The translations under genes and the position numbers were made by a program. Positions 41,010 to 56,000 of a DNA stretch of 64,000 nucleotides are shown piece after piece. Every line of letters begins with the position of its first letter. Within the stretch, counting starts at the first letter, position 1. The notes under the pieces were generated by a model, which searched no databases, had not been told where the DNA came from, and saw only the letters and a program-made list of their open reading frames with translations. Origin of the DNA: the human T2T-CHM13v2.0 reference genome, Homo sapiens. The stretch is taken from assembly GCF_009914755.1 (NCBI RefSeq), contig NC_060925.1; one strand, given 5' to 3'.

Positions 41010-42329
41010 TAACATTTCTCTAGCTCTACCATTCTGTTATTCTAGCCAAACAAATCTAAAAGTAAATCAAATAAATCATTTGTTAGTGTCAAAAGGACAC
41101 ATTTCCACATCCTTCCTTGTTCAGGGTTCCTCTGGACAGGGTTCCAGTGGGAGGCCATGGGGCATCACTCCCCATCTCCTATTTTGCTCAAAGTTGCAGG
41201 GACAGATCAGAGGTATGAAACTCATCTACTCCTCTATGGGAGTCTTAAATCCCACCCCCACTCCCTTTTCACACCTGTCAACGAGATCAAGCTGATTACC
41301 TAAAACACTCTAGTTTTATAATCATTATTTCATCCTATTTAATTGAGCCCCTATGGCATACCCTGCCTTATTAAAAAGTCAGCCAAAGACAGAGGGGAAG
41401 GATCAGACAGGTTCCCCATCCTTTTGCAGAGTTGATGATCTTGTCAGATAACATCTTGTTTAGTCTAAAACTAGAAAAATGTACTCATAGGATTCACCTA
41501 AGTAAGGGTACAAAAATTGTAAACAGCAGGTGCTTAATGAGATCATGCACAGTGTGTGCTGCAGGGGCTCAGAGAATAGAGTGCTTTCAGTGGGCAGAGG
41601 GACTGAGGAGACCTCTGAGGGAGGTAGGGAGAGAGCCAGGCCTTGGAAGCTAGGTAGGATTTTAATGGGCATATATTACTGCCTCCAACTTATTGGCCCA
41701 ATAAAGCAGGCATTACATGGTGGGAAAATAAATGTGAAGCAGGTTGGCAGTGTAATGTGCATATGCACACAGGCACAGGCAGCTGCTGATTTGGGTTTTC
41801 CTGAACCGATCAAAATCATTTTTCTACAGATTTCCTGGCACCTCACTTTAGGACACCCGAGTGACCCTGCCCCATCATGGACAGGTGGGATGGGGTCTTG
41901 GAGGAAACGTCAGGTCTGGAGATTAGCATTTCCCAGAGCCTTGCTTGGAGTTCTCAAGATATCTGCTGTTTTGCCAAATCTGCATCCCCTGGGAACCTGT
42001 GGGGAGCCTGTGAGGATAACTTGTACCCAAAGAGTGGTGAAGGTGGCCAAAGAACCTTCCACTATTGTTTGTCATCGAGGCCCCAAACCTCGGAGTTGGA
42101 AGGAAACTGCTCTCAGGAAGAATGGACCGCTCTCCTTCTTGCTGCTCTACTGCACACCATTCTCTATCATAGCACATATAAGGATTTTTTTTTATACTTG
42201 TTTGTTTAAAAGAACACACCGAACTCAAAGTTTCCCTTTATAAGGATACAGCATCTTCCTCATCTCTGTGTCCCCTACTAGCAGATAGCATGTGTTCAAT
42301 AAATATTGAAAGAAATAATACTCGAGCTC

Positions 42330-42488
42330 AGTTCATCTTAACCTTTTTGGGGTGGAATTTCAGGTCCCATAAAGGATCTGAAAAAGGCTATGGACCTTCT
42401 CCCTAGTGAAAAATGCACTTATTCATATACTTACAAGATTTTACAGATGATTTGTGGGGCACTTCGGCTACAGATTGAGCCCTGCTTT
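42330..42488. mobile_element. Old non-autonomous hAT-Charlie-type DNA transposon
   Basis: cttaacctttttgggg...atctgaaaaaggctatggaccttctcc...aaaaatgcac. Confidence 0.55.
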
Positions 42489-42849
42489 AAGGGCATAGTA
42501 AGCACTCTACAAAATTCTTCACAGGCAATCCTGCAGCCTTGGCCCCGACCATTCCAGTGGTGGGGAGTTCACTCCCTCTCCATGTGCGGACAGCATTCAT
42601 GGTTAGAGGCATCATCTTTATATATTGTATAGCAACCTCCCTTTCTGTAACCCATATCTATAGTCCCTGTTCTCTTCTTAAACAGAAAGGAGCTGGAAAT
42701 TTTCCATCACAAGGGATCTAATCCATCATGCACAAATGTTTATAGACACATGTCCTGAGCCTCCTTGAGCTTCTCTTGCCTCTGCTGTTTTTTGCTCTGA
42801 TGGGGTTTACGTCTTCTCCCTATCCTGATTTTGTGTATTCAGAACAAAA

Positions 42850-43870
42850 ACGTGGGTTATCAACACCCCTACTAAAGTGTGGTACCCAGAGAGAAGCAGA
42901 GGAGATGAGCATTATTTTTCTCTTTGTTCCAGACAATGCACTTGCCTTTATGCCGCCTAAGACTGCATTTGCTTTTTGGCAGCCACCACACACCATTGGC
43001 CTATAATGGGCAAGGAGTCATATAATGCTCCCAAGGCTTTTTTCAGGTGTGCTGCCGATAAGCCCTGTCTCCCCACTGGGCATTTGTGCAGCTTGCTGTT
43101 CAGATCTAATTGCAATACTTTTACATTTATCCTTGTTAAGTGCCATCCTATTAGATTTGGTCCTTGAGTCCAGCCTGGTGAGACATTTTTGGATCCTGAT
43201 TTTGTCATTTAACATATTAGCTCATTACTCGCAGACAATGTGTTTAACATGCAGCAAAGAGCTACCACTTTTGGAGTATTTCTCCAACAGACATTGGGCT
43301 TTACACAGAATATTTCATTGTCCTTTCACTCCAGCTCTACAAAGAATGTGTTATAATCCTCATTTTATATTTATGGAAACTGACTCAGAAACTTTAGGTA
43401 ACTTAGGCAAGGATACACAACCAGTATATGGTCGAGACAGGATTTGAACCCAACTCTGACTCTGAAGGTCATGTTCATAGCCACCCTACTATTTTTGCCT
43501 TCATCCAAGTCATTCATATTTTGATCAGTACAGGACAGGATCAGAGCCTTGTGGCAAAAACCCTTGAGGACTTCAGGCGGAGAGGGTTGATTCATTCAAT
43601 ATGATTTCTTCTCTTTGCTTGGCATGTTACTTTCATGCTACTCACTATTATCCTAAGAAGTAGAGGACTGTTTGTTCACTGTTTTGAAGAAACACAGTTA
43701 TAGTAATTCCCTGCCGTTCCATGAGCCCCCTTACCAAGTAGTAAATAATGTGAATGTGGCATGACTTGTTTTTCGTGAATTCATGCTGGCCTCTGGAAGT
43801 CCCAGCTTATCTTACTACATGCTCTGAAGCCCTTGTTTAAAGAATTGAGTCTAGACTCTTGCCCAAGAAT
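42850..43870 (-). mobile_element. L3/CR1 LINE ORF2 (RT) relic, interrupted by a MIR at about 43260-43490
   Basis: Minus-strand ORF 43018-43215 IRIQKCLTRLDSRTKSNRMALNKDKCKSI...PEKSLG resembles CR1 IQxDLDRLxxWAxxNxMxFNxxKCKV...EKDLG; QHEFTKNKSC near 43760-43790 resembles CR1 QHGFxKGRSC. Confidence 0.8.
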
Positions 43871-44786
43871 ATTGCTGAGCCTTCTTATTTATCTTATTTG
43901 GTAGCTGGGAGATGGGGGGCAGGGGTAGGGGTTGGTGGTGACACCTTATTTCACCAGGCCTCTAAACACAGCATCAAAGGAAAGCCAGAGATATCCTTTT
44001 TGATATTCTCTCAACCACCGCACATGTCTTTTCCAGTTAATTATAGATCAATCTGCTGTGAATTTGCACAAAGTATTATTGAACACATTTTAAAATTCTA
44101 GCAAGTGTGACCTCAAACTATAGACTTTCATTTACATATGTGACTCTCAGAGCCAGTGCCCAATGACAACCTTATACATAAGCCTTACAATAACAGCTTT
44201 AAAAAAAATTACAGGAGTAAATACATTTTTACTGGCTTTTAATTTCAAAAATCCTAATAAAGTTTTGTAGTAGTTTATTTTGTGGAGATACATTTGACCC
44301 AAGATTACTGAGGAATTCAGAAAAAAAAAAAAAAAGAAAAAGAGGCATGAAAGGAGAGGAGAGGGCACACACCTTTTGTTCTGATTGTTGGCTTGAAAAC
44401 AAAGACCTTTGCAGGTGAGCAGCTGATAAGGAGGCTGCATCTTCTAGAACTGTGAGATGTGTAAGGTTCAAGGAGCTATTCTCTTTTGGAGTATTTCACT
44501 TGAGCTTATCTTCACCCTATAGAATATAACTTAATATAAGAACTTGGGGACCATCATAGCCAGGGATTAGGCCCTCTCAGTGTGCAGTTCTGTTTTCCCC
44601 ATCCATCAATGAGACTTCGCTTCGCCATTTCTCTCTGCTGTGAGATCCTCTGTCTTAGATTATATTTTATGTAAGCATATGTATTAGATCATGTATGTTA
44701 TGATGTTATTTAACTATATGCGTTGTTGTGTATTCTATAATATTAAGTATAGATTTTTTACATGCACATACATTCTTACTGTATAA

Positions 44787-45107
<321 letters not shown>

Positions 45108-45449
45108 TTTACTGTGTAATTTTTACACATCAATCCACACTCACAATCATCTTACTATTGCATGTTTTAACAGAGGTGGAATTGTTACAGATCAATGTAG
45201 GTAGGAAAATGACGGACTCATTTGAGGAAAAAGCAAGAAGCTTTTTCCTCAAAACCTTCCTCCACTGCAAAACCCCCTTACAGGGAGACTAAAGACGTAA
45301 AATCATATGGAGTCTCATTCTGTATAGATTCATAGAATGGAAGAAATACAACGACTTTTGAAATAATCAAAGCCACCTCCCCTCAGTGTGCTGGTGAAAA
45401 ATCTGCAGTCCAGAGACACTTGCCTTACATGACAGGGCTTAATGTAGAG

Positions 45450-46120
<671 letters not shown>

Positions 46121-46297
46121 CAGAACTGGAATGTAATCTTGTATTGGTTCTATATAAAAGTTCTAGAGAGATATTATTTTAGTGACTTTATAATAAAAGT
46201 AATGCTTATTTGTATTCATTGTGAAGCAAAAAAGTATTGTCTCAATAGATACGTTGCAAATGCCAAAAAAGAAATGTATACCTATATATATTTGGTG

Positions 46298-46303
<6 letters not shown>

Positions 46304-46355
<52 letters not shown>
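46304..46355. repeat. (TA)n microsatellite, about 26 units
   Basis: Directly visible. Confidence 0.97.
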
Positions 46356-46361
<6 letters not shown>

Positions 46362-46609
46362 CACCAAATGGTTTTTTATTAAAATATTTTATGGCAGGCA
46401 TTTGGAAATGGCCTAAGGTGTCTCCAGAGTGGAGGTCAGTGAACTCAGAACAAACCCTTGAATATTCCATTAGTGAGTAGTTAGATGAGGTAATAAATAA
46501 ATTATTATTAAGCACTTTGCAAATAGAGTGTTATGTAAATGCTAAATAATCATAATAATATAGTAGTATGCTGATCTTGATAAACAGGTTGGCTTCTATA
46601 TCATTTAAA

Positions 46610-46905
46610 ATGGATGGCGCAGCAGCGTCTGTGAAGATGAATGAGGTTCGCATTCACAAAGCTCAGTAACAGCACAGTCTCCTCTGCTAGGAGGCCGGGC
46701 CTCCTGGCTCGGAGTTGCTGCGTTCTCTTCCCCTCATTTCTCGGTGGGACAATTAGCAGAGGAGAGGGATTCTGGCCAGCTTGAAGAGGGTAGTAAAAAG
46801 GCTCCCATGCAGGGATATTGAAAGGAGACTTAGGTGAGTGCGCAGGGATCCGCGTTTCTGAGAACTCAGGGCTAATCTATAAGTGGGGGCGGGGCGGGGC
46901 AGGGA
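46610..46905. promoter_or_regulatory. Candidate cis-regulatory element: local CpG enrichment and tandem GC boxes
   Basis: About ten CpGs in 300 bp of non-Alu DNA; ggggcggggcggggc at about 46886-46900. Confidence 0.4.
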
Positions 46906-47727
46906 ATTAACATTTATTGAGCGCCTCCTGTGACCCAGACACTGTGCTCGGTGCTCTGTGTTTATTATCTCATTTATCCTCCAGGCCAGCACATTAAGGT
47001 AATAGAAGAGTGGAATAAAGCCGAATGCATTACTAATTTCTGTGGAAAAGCAGAAGGCCTGACCCTAGCTGTTTTCTTCTTTGCATTCTGGAGTGAGATC
47101 TAGAAGAAGGGGAGAGTCCTCCAGGGAATGAGAGAAAGCCTGACCCAGTGATTTATCACAGCCCCCAAATGCTGGGACCTTTTAGGACACAGTTGTATGA
47201 TGAAAAGAGGCACATCCTCCTTTAGGGCTACACCCAATAACTGCTCCTCCCGGCCCCCTGCCGTGCACCTAACTCACCCTGGACCTCACAGCCCCGCAGA
47301 GCCTCGTTCAGCCCTTTCTTTCACCTTAACAACATCTAGCAAACAGTGATAGAGGAAGTACCATGTGCCAAATACTCCACTAATGGCTTTATGTACATTA
47401 TCTCATTTAATTCTGTGACAACCCTGTGAAGTAAGTTTTTTTTTTTGCCTGTAAGTTTCTCATTTTAGATGGAAACACTGAATTTTGTCAAGTAACTTGC
47501 CAAAAGTCACACAACTGGTTCAAGGGGGAGGTGAGAGAGCCAGGTTGGTCCATTCAGATCAAAATCCTCCTTATACCTGAGGATTATAGCCCAGTGATGG
47601 GCAAAAAAAAAAAACCCAAACCAAACAAGCAAAATCCAAATCCTCCTGATACTTGATATGTTATTCCTAATAATGATTAAACCCTTTGTTTAATGTGCCA
47701 GATTTTGAGGGTATAAAAGTAGCTCAA

Positions 47728-48026
<299 letters not shown>

Positions 48027-48054
48027 TCAAGTGTTTATTCATTATTAAACATAT

Positions 48055-48400
48055 TATGCTCAACTTCATTGAACATAATGACATATAATAAACTGTACAT
48101 TTGAAGTGTACAATTTGGTAAGTTTTGACATACATATACACAAGTGATACACAAGTGATCACCACAACCAAGATAATGAACATATTCATCACATCCAAAA
48201 GTTTGCTTCTTTGTAATCCATTCTTCCTACCTCTTCTTGCCTCATCTTCTCCCCAGCCAACCACTGATGGGTTTTCTCTCACTAAAGTTAGCTTGCATTT
48301 TCTTGAGTTTTATATAAGTGGAATCCTGCACTATATACTCTTTCTTGTCTGGCTTCTTTCACTCAACCTAATTATTTTGAGATTCATCCAATGTTGTATT
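48055..48400 (-). mobile_element. L1MB-type 3' end fragment
   Basis: aactgtacatttgaagtgtacaatttgg...accacaaccaagataatgaacatattcatcac...ttttatataagtggaatc. Confidence 0.85.
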
Positions 48401-51400
48401 TTTTCTTTGTTTTATTTAGAGACATAAACACTTAGAGTGCTTAGTATGTATTTTATTTAATTTTAGCTTTGGACTCAGTTTAGAGTTCGAATTCCAGTTC
48501 TGTCATTTGTTATCTGTGTGCCAAATGGCAAGTTTCTTAATCTGTCTGAGGCTGTTTTTTTCCTCCATAATTAAAACTACATTATAGGGTTACTGTGAGG
48601 ATTAGATGAGATAATATAGGTAAACTGCATAGCACAGCCTCTATTCATGGTAAGCATTTGATTTTGCAATTAAAATAAATTTTTAAAAAATAAAAATAAA
48701 TTGTGCACCAAAATTCCTTTGATGTCTCCTAGATCCTCAATATCAGGTTAATAAAACAATAGCCTGCCTATGTTGTGCCAAGTAGAATACTTAATGTGGC
48801 ATATGAATTAGCTTTTTTAATATTTGCAAGAAGACTGTGAAGTATGCAGTCACATTATAATCCCTTATTACAGATGATGAAACTGAGATGGAGAGGTAGT
48901 AGAATCAGGAATTGAACTGAGGCAGTCTGGCTCAAGGCTGTCATTTCCATTATGATCTGGCTACATTTCAATATGCAATGACATCACCCACTAGCCCTAG
49001 GATTTTAGGGGAATTGCTATAGGAAAAAAAAAAATCTAAATATGAAGACCATGTCAGTAGCTAAGTAAAAGTTAGAGAAATGGGTAAAAAAACAAAATTA
49101 TTATTGGAACACCAATTATGATTAAGGAATACCAATTATTTTAAATGTGTTATAGGAATATGTAGGAAATTTGAACTTATAAAATGTAATGCACACCTGA
49201 TTTTAGGGTTAACTATGAGACAGTCAAAGACAAGGAATCTTTGAAGAAGAAATTATGGCAGCCGGAGCATAATCTGCCTTTCTGGAAGCATAGGAGAAAC
49301 TTAAGTGTTCTTTGTATGAGCCTCAGGTTTTAGAGCAGACCCAAAAGGTAAGCCCACCACTGAGGCTGCACAGTCTCAGCTAAGCAAAGTGTACTCATCC
49401 CAAATCTGGGGATTAGCTGTCAATTAAGAGCCCATTGGAATAGCTGTTACAACAGAATGGAAAAATTCAACTATACCTTTGGTTTTCTTAAGTATAGTAA
49501 TTGGTATTCACTAAAGATTTGAAATTTAGTGGAACAGAGGGAGAAAAATTTTAATTCAGTTCAGGTGAACAAACATTTATTTGCCTGATTGGCACAGAAT
49601 TCACCTTTGAGAAACACCTGTTTGGAGTTGGGGGCTAGGGAATGAAAGATATAAATAAAACAATTTCAGTGGTGAGAAAGGCCTGGATTTGAAAGATATT
49701 TAGAAGGCAAAATCAGTGGACTCAGTGGCTACCTGCAAGTAGGCATGAAGGGAAGGTTGGGGTTCTGGCCTTGGTAAATGTGAGCAACCGCTAAAACAGA
49801 GGATTCTGTAAACATAGGTGAGGAGGGCAATTTCTGTCATCTTGGGTTTGACATGTAACAGAAGATCTAAGTGGAAACCTCCAACAGGCAGTTGTGTTTC
49901 AAGATAACTGAGCCCAGGAATGAGGTCAGAGGTGAAGATCAGCATATAGGACACAGCTCAACTCATGCACTGGATGGGATCACCAAGGGAGCATGGATGG
50001 AGTAAGTCAACACGGTAGTCATGATGGTTAAATGTGTTTGGCCCAATACCAATATACCAAGGCATACTAAAGTAATGGGAGTGGATAATATGACCAGATA
50101 GATCTTTCCTATTCCAAACTTTTTCAAATCTACTTATTTTAACAATACATCATTTATTCCATGTGAATACATGCAAATTCTAATCCGTATTCCATTGAAA
50201 TGCAGTACTTAAGGGGGAAAAGAACCCTAAAAAAACACAAAAGCCTACGCTGGGGGTGCTCCTTTACCTTAGTTGGGCAGTGGCTCTGGAAGTACCTGGG
50301 CTGGGGAATGAGGGCAGAGGTGCCAGTGGTATAGAAGAGCTATTTTGATGTATTGAAATCTGAATAAACCGTTGTGCCTCTCTGGCAGTTTTCCCTTCTG
50401 TCAAGGATGGAGAGGGTTAAGACATTTACCTGAAAAGAAGGCTTATGTTTTTCAATGTTTCTTTAATTATGTGTTGACTTCCCTGCACCTTAAACTATAC
50501 CTACACATCTCCTCATACCCCTATTCCTGTATTATTCCGTCAACAAGCACATGTTGGGCACCTTCTGTGTGGAGACCTCATATTTGATGCTAGGGACACA
50601 GAGAGGATGGTGTTTAGTTCCTGCCCTTGATAAACAGAAAATATGCTCATGATGATAGGCTAATTATCAAAGCGTTCTTCATTGCCACAGTTTTCTGTGT
50701 GTCAATGCACTCTCATCTACATTATATCGTGCTACAGCATGTCTGCAAAGGAAGTATTTCTTCACAGTGATTATTATGATGCATCTGGTAGCTGAGACAC
50801 CAAGGTGTGGGGACTTGGGAAGGTCAGTCAATGGCTGAGATCCAGATCTTTTGGCCAAGCGTTCTTTCTGCTAAGGGGAATGCTTTTTCCCAGCACTCCC
50901 ATCCTGGGCACCTTGCCTTTGCAATTTCTTGGTTGTATATTTTATCTCTTTCAGTTGACAAAGTTGACAGGCCCTTGGGAAATACTGACTCAAGACTACT
51001 TGCCTTTGGTCAAGTGCTAAATCCCACAGGTGTAGGATTGACTTTGGAAGAGCCACTGTCACTCTTGCTGCCCCCTCCCAAGCCCTCTAGTGTGTCTAGA
51101 GGGAAGTAGGATTATCAGTTCTGTACATACCAGAGAGCACTAGCAAAACCAAATTAGCTCAAGCTGGCTGCCATTCAGGTCAGCTAATTAAATTAGCTAT
51201 TGTTGCATTACTGATAAGGACAGTTTGGAAAAGGAAAAAAGCCACTCATTCCAGCAGCCATAAGGCGAAGGCCAAGAAAATGTGTTAATGGGAACACTCT
51301 GAAAGAAAACCCCTCTGACTAGGAGCGGGACCTAGTGGTCCTTGGTGGTCTGATCTCCTAGCCATCTGCTCCAAGCTCATGCTCCCAGTGCTCTCTGGCT

Positions 51401-51630
51401 CTGGTCTTTATGAACATTGCTACACTCTGGCTTTCTGGTACCCAACTGCAGCCAAGACAGCCCTCCCCTTTTTCTCCCACCATGAGCCTAATCCTCCCGG
51501 GAGTCTGGAGAGAAGTGGGGATTTTTCTGGGGGAGAACAGCTCACCCTTGAGTGCTAAAATGTAAAACCCCCATAGTATAAAAGCCAGTTGATACTTGGA
51601 AGAGTCTTGAAGAAGAACTGCAGAGACACA

Positions 51631-51775
51631 GAGAGAAAGGAAGGAAAGAGGGAAGGAAGGAAGGAAGGAAGGAGGAAAAGAAGGAAGGAAGGAAGGAAGG
51701 AAGGAGGAAAAGAAGGAAGGAAGGAAGGGAGGGAGGAAGGAAGGGAGGAAGGAAAGGAAAAATAGAAAAGAGGAG
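51631..51775. repeat. Interrupted (GGAA)n microsatellite
   Basis: Directly visible. Confidence 0.9.
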
Positions 51776-51869
51776 AGAACACCTTGCCCTTGTGTACTCT
51801 CCCCATCGTATAAATGCCAGTTGATATTTGTAAGAGTACTAAAGAAGAACCAGAGAGAGTAGCGGTGGT

Positions 51870-51965
51870 GAGAGAGAGAGAGAGAGGAAGGAAGGGAGGA
51901 AGGAAAGGAAAGGAAAGGAAAGGAAAGGAAAGGAAAGGAAAGGAAAGGAAAGGAAAGGAAAGGAA
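51870..51965. repeat. (GA)n followed by (GGAAA)n, about 12 units
   Basis: Directly visible. Confidence 0.93.
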
Positions 51966-52947
51966 GAAGAAAAAAGGGGAGGAAAAGTGGGGAAAAAGAG
52001 GAAGGAAGGAGAGAGCTAGGAAGTTCCAAAGACACTACATTTTCTGGCTGTCCAGCATCTGCTCATTGGCTACTGTGTGCTGTCTTGGTGAGGCTGTAAG
52101 TTACATTGGCTGCTATCTTCTAGTTGAGATTTGGTCACATGGACTTACCCTAGGCCAACTAGCCAAAGTCCTAAGATCTGGAACTTGAGATGCAAGGACA
52201 AAGAATCTTAGAAGCTCATTCACTTTAGCAGCAGCTCACTCCAATGAGACTTGCACCTACACTACCTTTCTACCATCAGGTCCCACCCGCTATGCCCCTC
52301 ACCAAGCTGTCCTGGTTTCATCTTTTTCCCAAAACTAATTATCCAGGTAAAATTCTCTGTGCTCCCTGATATCCTTCTGATTTACTCTTTTTCTGCCTAA
52401 AATAACCTGAGTCAGTTTCATGCAATCCAAATGATTTAAACAATCTTTAGTCCAACCCTTTTTTTTTTTTGGTAGTTGAGGTAGGAGACCCAGAGATATT
52501 AAGTGATTTTCTCAAAATCACACAGATGATCATTGGCAGCTCCAGGGCTGGAGCCTAGGCCTCTAACTCTATGCTGCCTAAATATGGTGCTCACTAAATA
52601 TGCATCTTCTGAGAAAGTGAAGGCAACTCAGGGAAATGTGCCTGAGAGTCCATGGGAGAGCCTGGGAAATTCTCATCTGTGCTCCTCATTTTCATGGCTT
52701 CATTTTTTCTTGATTTCTTAGATTCTGTTTAAGATTCTTAAGCCATGGGATAATATTCTCCTGTGAGAAAACAAGTGAAATTAAAATTGTCCATACATAA
52801 GTTCATACATATACAGTGTGTGTCCCTCTTTCACTATCAAATGTGAAAAGTCTATAGTCCAAATTTATTCTTAGGCCCTCAGTACCAAGGGCTAGAGTAC
52901 TTTCTACTGAACTAACGCATATTTTTTTACTTTAATATTCTATATTC

Positions 52948-53081
52948 TTTTTAAAAAATAAAATAGAGATGGAGTCTCACTATGTTGATTAGGCTGGCCT
53001 CCAACTCCTGGCCTCAAGTGATCCTCTCATTTTGACCTCTCAAAATACTGGGATTACAGGCATGAGCTACCATGCCCAGCC
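52948..53081 (-). mobile_element. FLAM / Alu left monomer
   Basis: tagagatggagtctcactatgttg...ctcctggcctcaagtgatcctc...gggattacaggcatgagctaccatgcccagcc with no right arm. Confidence 0.85.
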
Positions 53082-56000
53082 TCTGATGTAATTATAATCA
53101 AGGACATCAGTAACATCAAGGAGAGGAACAGGTGTACTTATTTTATAGGGGTATCTGTAATTATAATTGGGAAAATATGATACATGCTATGCTATGCTAT
53201 GCTATGCTATATACTTAGTTTAAATTTGGAACTATATTTTCTCAGCCTCAGCTTCTTCATCTGCAGACAAGAACGTTAACTGTTTTCTCTTCCTCAAGCT
53301 CTAGCATTCTAAACTAAATGAGGAATTATAAAAGCTACCGAACTAAAGGAGAAATTACAAAGGTTAGTGAATTAGGCATATTACTGAAATAATTGGTTTA
53401 AAAATCTTTCAAGCTCTTTAGGTGAAAATAAAAGGGAAAATCTTGCTAGAGAATCTATTCTAAAAGACTTTAGTTAAAAACATCAAGCCCCACTTCAATG
53501 TTCATTCTGAGGAGGACTAGAGAAAGTTGAGGCCATCAGTGTTCAGGTACAGAGTACTAATTCCACAAGACCCAATTCTATGTACCAACATGAGACGATG
53601 TTATTAGCGCCTCTCACCCATAAAAAAAATCTGTCTTCAGCTATTGTCAACTCAATCAATTGTCATTTTGGGAATTTGGTGGAAAGGGATTGCCTAGCCC
53701 TGGGCAAATGGATATTTTCAAAGCATCCACTAAAATAATTATAATTATTGCTTTATATCTTCCTTACACAAAATAATATAAAGTCATTGCAAAATATGTG
53801 AAAACAGAAAAAATATCTTTATAATTCTATCACCCTAACACAATAGTCCTCATTTTCCATAATTTCCTTCTAATATTTGCTCACATATATGTATACAATT
53901 ACTATTTTGGAAATTTATTGATAGATTTTTTTTAAGTTTGTCAAGCTGAATTTTGCCAAATTTGAGTTCAGAAATTAGAAGCACTAGCTGTTTTTTCAAC
54001 TTTGTTATACATTCTCTTTCTCTCTTCTTTATCCCTGGCCATAAAATGGGAGCACCGGCACCTTCCCCTTCTGTAATGAATAGGAGTAATGCTTCATGTC
54101 TTTGAGCTCTTCTCAGCTACTCAGAAACAAGTACAAATTAATCTTAGATGCACTATTAACTTTTGAAAAACATTTTTCTCTGACAATGTTTTTATATTAA
54201 GGCTGGGTTCTATGTACAATTTGCTACAAAAAAGAGGACAGGTGTCTAACACTCCCTCTGAACTGTCATTGACCTATGATAGGGCCAGTACAGAATGTTC
54301 TTCATTAGCTTCTTTTTAGGTGGAGGTAGATAAACAAGGGGAAGGGGAAAACCATTGGTCAAATTACGAGCATGCAGATTTAAGTCCTGGGTTTGCAACT
54401 AACCAGCTGTGTAACCTTGAGCAAGTCATTTAATATTACTAGGATCAGTTGCTTCATCTGTAAAACACGGGTAATAATAACTATTTCGTAGAGTTGCTAT
54501 GAAGATTAAACAAGCTAATGTAGGAGAAAGTACTGCAAAAATGAATCACATTTTTTTCTTAAAAAGAAATTATAAACAGGTGACTCCATTGAACTATTCC
54601 TAATATTTATCATGGAGATTTTTTTCCATATTATATGAATGAAAAGTGGCTTCAATTTTTGGTGGCTGATGAGCCATTTCCTGAATCATCTAGGTCCAGG
54701 CCTTTTTCTTCTTCTCCTATTTTCAGCTGGTTAGCTGCTCATTGAGATCTTGCCAGAGGGTGGGCGAAAGAAATAAAAACTGAAATCGGTCAATTTGACT
54801 CTTTGATAGCAGTCATGATGAAAGATCTGTGGATAGGGGGTGTTAAAGTTGTGAGTTAAACTGGAATTTTTCCTTCTTACCAGGAAATTGCAAGAACCTA
54901 TTGATGGCTTGGATGCTCTGGTGGTGACAGCAAGTCCTCTTCTCTTGACTGAAGAAATGTCTTCCCCTATCTGAAAAGTGGCCTCTCTTCCGGAATGACA
55001 CATACTGACTTTTGAAGAAGCAAAAGGATACCTGCTGGCCAGTCATATCAGCCAAAAAACTCTGGTGAGCAGTGAGTTGGCAGATGTTGCAACTGGAAGA
55101 CTGTGGCATCAACAGAGCCCCAAAGCAATAATCTCTCTTTCTCTTCGCCCCCACTAATCCAGCAATCAAATAATCACTTTTAAGCATTTACTGTGCACCA
55201 CCATATAACATAAAATGTGATGAATAGCTAGGTATATATATGACAACCTCTAAATTCTCAAAATATTATAATAAATTAAGAAAGCAAGAGTTGTGCATGT
55301 AAAAAGACAATTAACTACATAGGGAGAAGGCAGTGAACACATTTAGTGCATCTCCCCTGTACCGGTCACTGTGTGAGGTGCTGTACAAGTACTAATTTAT
55401 CTAATCCCCACCAAATCCCTGGCAGGCATTTCTATCCTTGTTCTGTGGATGATGTGGGAGTTAGAGATATTTAATAACTTGCCCAAGATCACATAGCTAC
55501 AAAAGTGTGGGGCCTGTTTTCAGGTTTAGATGTATCTAACTCTGTAATCTGTGCTCCATAACTATCCCACACCTACCAACGAGAGAAATCAGAGCTCAAA
55601 GACATCATTTAGTATGGCTGGGGAATGACAAGACTTTAAAATGCCTATTGGCAAAACACATTGATAAAGTTATACCAAGTCCATTAACTTCTCTGGGAAA
55701 TATTTCTAGCTAGAGGAAAAATGCCTGGATTCTGGAAGCAGGGATGGTGGAGTGGAAATGACAGCACACCAGTCTCAGCTCAGCCATTATCCACACGTGT
55801 TCATCCCAGCAAGTTGCTTCATGCTTCTAGGCTTTGTGTCATCATCCATAGTATAGAGTGTTTCTAGATTGCCTAATGTCACTCACACTACGTCACTGGG
55901 CAGGTGTGTGGTACACTAGCTCTAACATCAAGCAGACCTGAGTTTGAATCCTGGCTCCGTCTTCAAGCAATGGGCTCTTGGGCAAGTAATTTTCCCATCT

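Noticed and set aside
41530-42243. Longest ORF (237 aa)
   Set aside because: Non-ATG start, no recognisable domain, begins in L2-like sequence; consistent with chance.
51358-52035. 225-aa minus-strand ORF
   Set aside because: Kept open by stop-free (TTCC)/(TTTCC) microsatellites.
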